64,000 nt of DNA from Escherichia coli. GTDB lineage: Bacteria; Pseudomonadota; Gammaproteobacteria; Enterobacterales; Enterobacteriaceae. The number at the start of each line of letters is the position of its first letter. Position 1 is the first letter of the stretch. Location: NCBI RefSeq assembly GCF_050320075.1, contig NZ_CP190021.1, one strand, 5' to 3'. Below the pieces are notes generated by a model. The model was not told the DNA's origin. It was given only the letters and a program-made list of their open reading frames with translations, and made no database searches. Position numbers and translations under genes: made by a program. Below, one piece after another: positions 60,113-64,000 of the stretch.

Positions 60113-60739
60113 TTATTCCCTGTTTCCAGAATCGTTTTTCAGGGTCAGAATGACAATACCACAGCGGGGATTTATGTGAGGCACTTTCCACTGAGATAAG
60201 ATTCTGCTGACGATGAGGATGCGGAACATGACGCTATTCATGGCGGATTCCCTTCGTTCCGCTGTTACATCCAGCCCTTTTCGGCGCAGAGAGCAAATCA
60301 GCTTTTGTGTCCTGGCTTCAGTCAGAAGATGGGATTTCATGTAGATACGTTTCTTCTGGCGTAATAAGGGGGGCAGCTTTTCGAGTAATTGCTTGAAGTG
60401 TTTTTTTATCGCCTTCTTTGAGGAAGTATCTGCGAGTGCGCTCAGGAAAACACATACTGTGTGATTGTCAGACATGTCTTTGGTTTTAAAACTATTTTTC
60501 CTAAATATTATTCTAAGCAGAATGAAAAACGGACGGACTAACAGCGGGAGAGCTATCATCCCCAATATCTCTACTAGCGTCCATATGTTCATCTGGTACA
60601 AGCCATCCTTGCAGAGCAAAATCGCTATAATGCACCAGACGCTATATATAGCTAATGGAATACGATATTGGAGTTTCATGTATTGCTCTTCCTCAGTGTA
60701 ATGTGATAGTCGTCTGCTCCTGTGTTGCACCCCAGACAT
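60113..60739 (-). CDS. traD: TraD-like membrane protein, paralog of PilK
   Basis: Transmembrane N-terminus; C-terminal similarity to the 58456-59046 product; start may be the internal Met; symbol positional. Confidence 0.5.
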   Translation of the reverse strand: MSGVQHRSRRLSHYTEEEQYMKLQYRIPLAIYSVWCIIAILLCKDGLYQMNIWTLVEILGMIALPLLVRPFFILLRIIFRKNSFKTKDMSDNHTVCVFLSALADTSSKKAIKKHFKQLLEKLPPLLRQKKRIYMKSHLLTEARTQKLICSLRRKGLDVTAERRESAMNSVMFRILIVSRILSQWKVPHINPRCGIVILTLKNDSGNRE

Positions 60740-61376
60740 CTTCTGGCAGGCTGGGCAGCCCGATAAATAAGGTGTGAAAGAGGGTTTCTCTGCGTTCGAT
60801 CCCGAATTGATGTTCGTATCCTCTCACCACCTGAAATCCTTCGTCGGAGAATATTAACTCTGCCGCTTCCAGAAGCTGCATAGTTTTGCGGTGTAGTGGA
60901 GTGATCAGCTGCAACGTAACTGGTGCCCTCATATCGCCTGTCGGTAGAAAACACTCTTCGGTGCGACTTAGTTGTAGCAGATGACGTTTCCCGGAACAGG
61001 CCCGTTCAATGGATTCATTGAACACCCTCTCAGGCCATGGGCAGACATATGTGCGCCAGCCTGCTTTCTGTAATTTACCCAGTGCAGCCCGAAAACGAAA
61101 CAACGGACATTCCCCGACAGTGGCAGAGCTGAGAAAGAGCGTATTCAGCGTTCCGATGATGGGAATATTGCGATCTTTTTCGGTCAATGCTTTTAACGCC
61201 ATGATTTCGCCAGGGAGACTACGGAACTCAGGATGTCTGCTGGCACCAGAAAGCCATTCAAGCAGGTAATGCCGTAATCCGGTTTCACTGGTTATATTGT
61301 GGTTTTCCTGTGCCGTTTTCAGGGCATTCAGTGCACACCAGAGCAACTGGCGCACGGGATGTTCTGTCGTGGTCAT
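60693..61376 (-). CDS. traC: TraC-like putative transfer regulator
   Basis: 227-aa ORF between the NusG-like gene and traD; symbol positional. Confidence 0.55.
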   Translation of the reverse strand: MTTTEHPVRQLLWCALNALKTAQENHNITSETGLRHYLLEWLSGASRHPEFRSLPGEIMALKALTEKDRNIPIIGTLNTLFLSSATVGECPLFRFRAALGKLQKAGWRTYVCPWPERVFNESIERACSGKRHLLQLSRTEECFLPTGDMRAPVTLQLITPLHRKTMQLLEAAELIFSDEGFQVVRGYEHQFGIERRETLFHTLFIGLPSLPEDVWGATQEQTTITLH

Positions 61377-61629
61377 GCGAATGTCCTACTGTGAGATGAA
61401 AAGAAGACCGGTATCCGTTCTCTCCGCCACACGTGATGGCACGGGCCGGCCTTTGATAAAACGAATCAATACTCTGGGGTGAAGCCTTTTATTTCTTTCG
61501 CCATTAAGAAATACACGGTTCCATCAAAAGACAGGGGGAGTCCATGGTGGGGATGGCTTCGTGCAGGCTTCACTCCGGAATATTCTCTTGAATTGAAAAA
61601 AGCCCGGCCCGAAGGCCGGGAAATACTGG

Positions 61630-62184
61630 CTATGGGATGTTTACAAGGCGCTCCATAAAGCCGTGATGTTCGGCATTTGATACCAGTTCCAGGAGCAGGG
61701 ATATCCTCGACTCAGGCTGGAGAGTATTTTCCATTCTGAGGAGATACTGATATTGTGCTTTTGTCAGCCATATGCTGGAAGCCGCATTCAGCTCTTCCCT
61801 GGCTCCCGGATTTAGCACAGGGTCCGGGTAAATCTTCATTAATCCATCAACAATATCTTTATTGACGGGTTTTATTTCACCGCCAAACTTCACGAAATCA
61901 ATGAAGGCGCTATGTCGACGTAATGCTGATACTGGGTGAATGTCAAAATTAGCCAGAATAAAAAAGTACCCTGGAAAAATAGCGAATATTCTTTCACGGT
62001 AACAGCACCTGGAGTCTGCCCGTCTTATCTTTCTTGTTATTAATGGAGTCCATGGTACGACGTTTTGCTCATTCAGCCATGAGAATAAAGATTCTCTGTT
62101 TTTGCCGGCTGTATTATATTGCGCAAGATACCAGTTCCGGTTATTCAGGTGTTCTATATTCACGAAGTTCAACGCTCCGCGCAA
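61630..62184 (-). CDS. traB: NusG/RfaH-family specialised transcription antiterminator (TraB/ActX-like)
   Basis: NusG N-terminal-like NWYLAQYN..PGYFFILANFD..FVKFGGE; the track start is a TTG, and a GTG at 62163 with a GGAG RBS is a more likely start. Confidence 0.75.
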   Translation of the reverse strand: MRGALNFVNIEHLNNRNWYLAQYNTAGKNRESLFSWLNEQNVVPWTPLITRKIRRADSRCCYRERIFAIFPGYFFILANFDIHPVSALRRHSAFIDFVKFGGEIKPVNKDIVDGLMKIYPDPVLNPGAREELNAASSIWLTKAQYQYLLRMENTLQPESRISLLLELVSNAEHHGFMERLVNIP

Positions 62185-62292
62185 AACCGATCCATGATGG
62201 ACGATTTTGCGATGTCAGGCGAATATGCTAAATCATATGTCTGAAGCAGTGTCCAGCCCATATCTGGATAAACTGCAGTTCTGACAGGCATA
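62169..62292 (-). promoter_or_regulatory. bipartite conserved leader element, copy B, at the traB start
   Basis: Box 1 tcaacgctccgcgcaaaaccgatccatgatgg, box 2 ctgcagttctgacaggcatat. Confidence 0.5.
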
Positions 62293-62604
62293 TAACCAGC
62301 AGACTCTAGTACGTTCTGTATCGGTGATTTGGCGAACTCACAGATAAAGAACGGCTAAGCACTAATATCAGCAATACAGTGGCACAGTATTGTGATACGC
62401 GAAATAAAACATCAGCACGTCAGTTCAGAGTAAGGTCGCCATATATCGGGCATGAGCCAGATACAAATAACTGGGACACCGTCTGAAGTGATTTGCTTTA
62501 TTAAAGTAACTTGTGCTTGGTGTTTATGTTTATCAATTTGGGATCGCCTGTAAAGTGCAAAATGCAATTTCCATGAAAGTGTCCCCTTTAATGGGGACAC
62601 CTGT

Positions 62605-62892
62605 TCACATTTTTTCGTTTTCTTTAGCTGTATTGCTAATCATGAAAACGAAAGTTCGCATCAGCACAGCAGAGCGAAGTGCATCATATCCTTCCAGATT
62701 TAAATTCTTCAGGCTTCGCTTCAGGTAGGTTCGTACCGTTTCGGGAGAAAGCCGACAGTTCTGAGCAATGGCGTCGTAAGGAACACCCATTGCGTAAAAA
62801 ACGCAGACTTTAAGCTGGTTTGTTGATAGCTCGGGAAACATGCCTTCCAACAGAGTGATGGCCGGGAGTTTCTGTATCAGTTGAGGTGACAT
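62605..62892 (-). CDS. traA: LuxR/FixJ-type HTH transcriptional regulator (TraA-like)
   Basis: C-terminal HTH pattern LSTNQLKVCVFYAMGVPYDAIAQNCRLSPETVRTYLKRSLKNL; ATG 62892 with GGAG RBS preferred over the TTG at 62913. Confidence 0.6.
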   Translation of the reverse strand: MSPQLIQKLPAITLLEGMFPELSTNQLKVCVFYAMGVPYDAIAQNCRLSPETVRTYLKRSLKNLNLEGYDALRSAVLMRTFVFMISNTAKENEKM

Positions 62893-63230
62893 AGCAAAGG
62901 TCTCCGATGACAACTAAAAACGCTATCACCGAGTTCCTACGCTCATTGGTGATAGCCCAGACGGGGGTAGGAATACCGGCGTCATCGGAAACCGGCCAGG
63001 CTAATGCCTGCCCCGCCTGAGCTACCATAGATGACGACAAGAAATACAAGTTCCTGTCTTTATGGTATGGCAAAAAACGACGCCAAATGAAGAAATTAAC
63101 TTCTGCGCCGACGATGACTACGCGGGTTCCTACGCCCGATCACAGTTTTGCCTGTGACCAGTAAAGGGTACTTAGTATAACGCACCGAGTCAACTAACAG
63201 CTTAAAAAACATACAAAAAAGCGTCAAAAC

Positions 63231-63361
63231 TTAACGCTCCGCGCCGAAGCGATCCAGGCATGATGCTTCTGCTTTGTGGCGTTCGAACATGCTGGTCCAT
63301 ATGCACGAAACGGTGTCTGACCCTCGTCCAGACAATCCGCAGTTCTGACGAACATATGAAC
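63231..63361 (-). promoter_or_regulatory. bipartite conserved leader element, copy C, upstream of traA
   Basis: Box 1 ttaacgctccgcgccgaagcgatcca, box 2 ccgcagttctgacgaacatat. Confidence 0.5.
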
Positions 63362-63884
63362 AAATATGCTCTTGTAGAGGCTGTTGTTACACAATTGGCG
63401 GGTTGTGTAACAAATGGTTTTATCATCTAAGAATCATTCTATTTACGATCGAATGATCTACAAAATGATTTTTTAAAGGTTATTTAGATCGTTTAATTGC
63501 ATTAAAACAGAATATTATTCTGTTAGGTAGATCGGTTGTAAGATAAATGATCGTGAGTAGGATAAAAGTCGATCTTTTAATCCAAAAGAAAGATCTAAAG
63601 CAGAAAAATCTGCTTTTAAAAATAGATTTTATTTTTTTGACGCAGGTCAAGATTAACTTATTAGAGGTATCAGTGAGGAGGCACTGGAAGAGAAGAGATC
63701 GTTGTAATGCTTTTCAAATTAACGTAAAGCGGGTATATTTCGGCTGTTATTAGCTGTGCAGAGGGTGGCACTCTGTGGAGCAAAGCGGCGAAAGCCGGAC
63801 GGCAGAATGCGCCATAAGGCATTCAGGAGAGATGGCATGTACGGGCAGTAAGTCAGAAGACTGAAGATGTTCCGGAAGCCATAA

Positions 63885-63950
63885 AAGGAAAACCCCCACT
63901 ATCTTTCTTACGAACTTGGCGGAACGACGAAAGATAGTGGGGGCCTCACA
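63885..63950 (-). ncRNA. candidate antisense Inc RNA of an IncI/IncB-type replicon, complementary to the repZ-leader stem-loop I; rep genes would lie beyond the window end
   Basis: + strand stem cccccactatcttt / aaagatagtggggg (63893-63943) with a 23-nt loop containing TTGGCG, the recalled target-loop motif of ColIb-P9-type copy control. Confidence 0.4.
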
Positions 63951-64000
63951 GAATACGGGTAAAGTATAATGAAACCGTACCAGAGATTCAACCCTGTGCA

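Noticed and set aside
1-64000. tRNA, rRNA or tmRNA genes
   Set aside because: No cloverleaf-like conserved segments or rRNA-like stretches noticed; the window is densely protein-coding plasmid DNA.

Overview
This window reads as most of the transfer module of an IncI1-type (R64/ColIb-P9-like) conjugative plasmid; all calls rest on reading the sequence and translations and on recalled family features, with no database search run. Left to right: (1) a leading region on the + strand with a ParB-like gene, psiB, psiA, ardA and several unknown genes (99-9600); (2) oriT with nikA and the nikB relaxase (9650-12864); (3) trbC-trbB-trbA, the hok-like toxin pndA and excA (12901-20421); (4) a Dot/Icm-like type IVB secretion block traY to traE on the - strand, including the sog primase and a PLD-family nuclease (20486-44615); (5) the Rci recombinase and a four-segment, seven-repeat shufflon giving alternative PilV C-termini (44766-47907); (6) the thin-pilus operon pilV to pilI (47686-59845); (7) regulatory genes traD to traA including a NusG/RfaH-like protein (60113-62913); (8) at the far right a GATC-dense AT-rich region and an IncI-type replication-control stem-loop. 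Gene symbols for the tra/pil/trb genes are assigned by order and size, not by search. The most likely places for undescribed biology are in the leading region: two copies of a ~320 bp conserved non-coding element in front of unknown genes, an Rpn-family nuclease with an in-frame 12-bp tandem repeat followed by a free-standing copy of its own C-terminal tail, and an HTH regulator with twin palindromic operators. A bipartite element repeated three times in tra leader regions is a further candidate.
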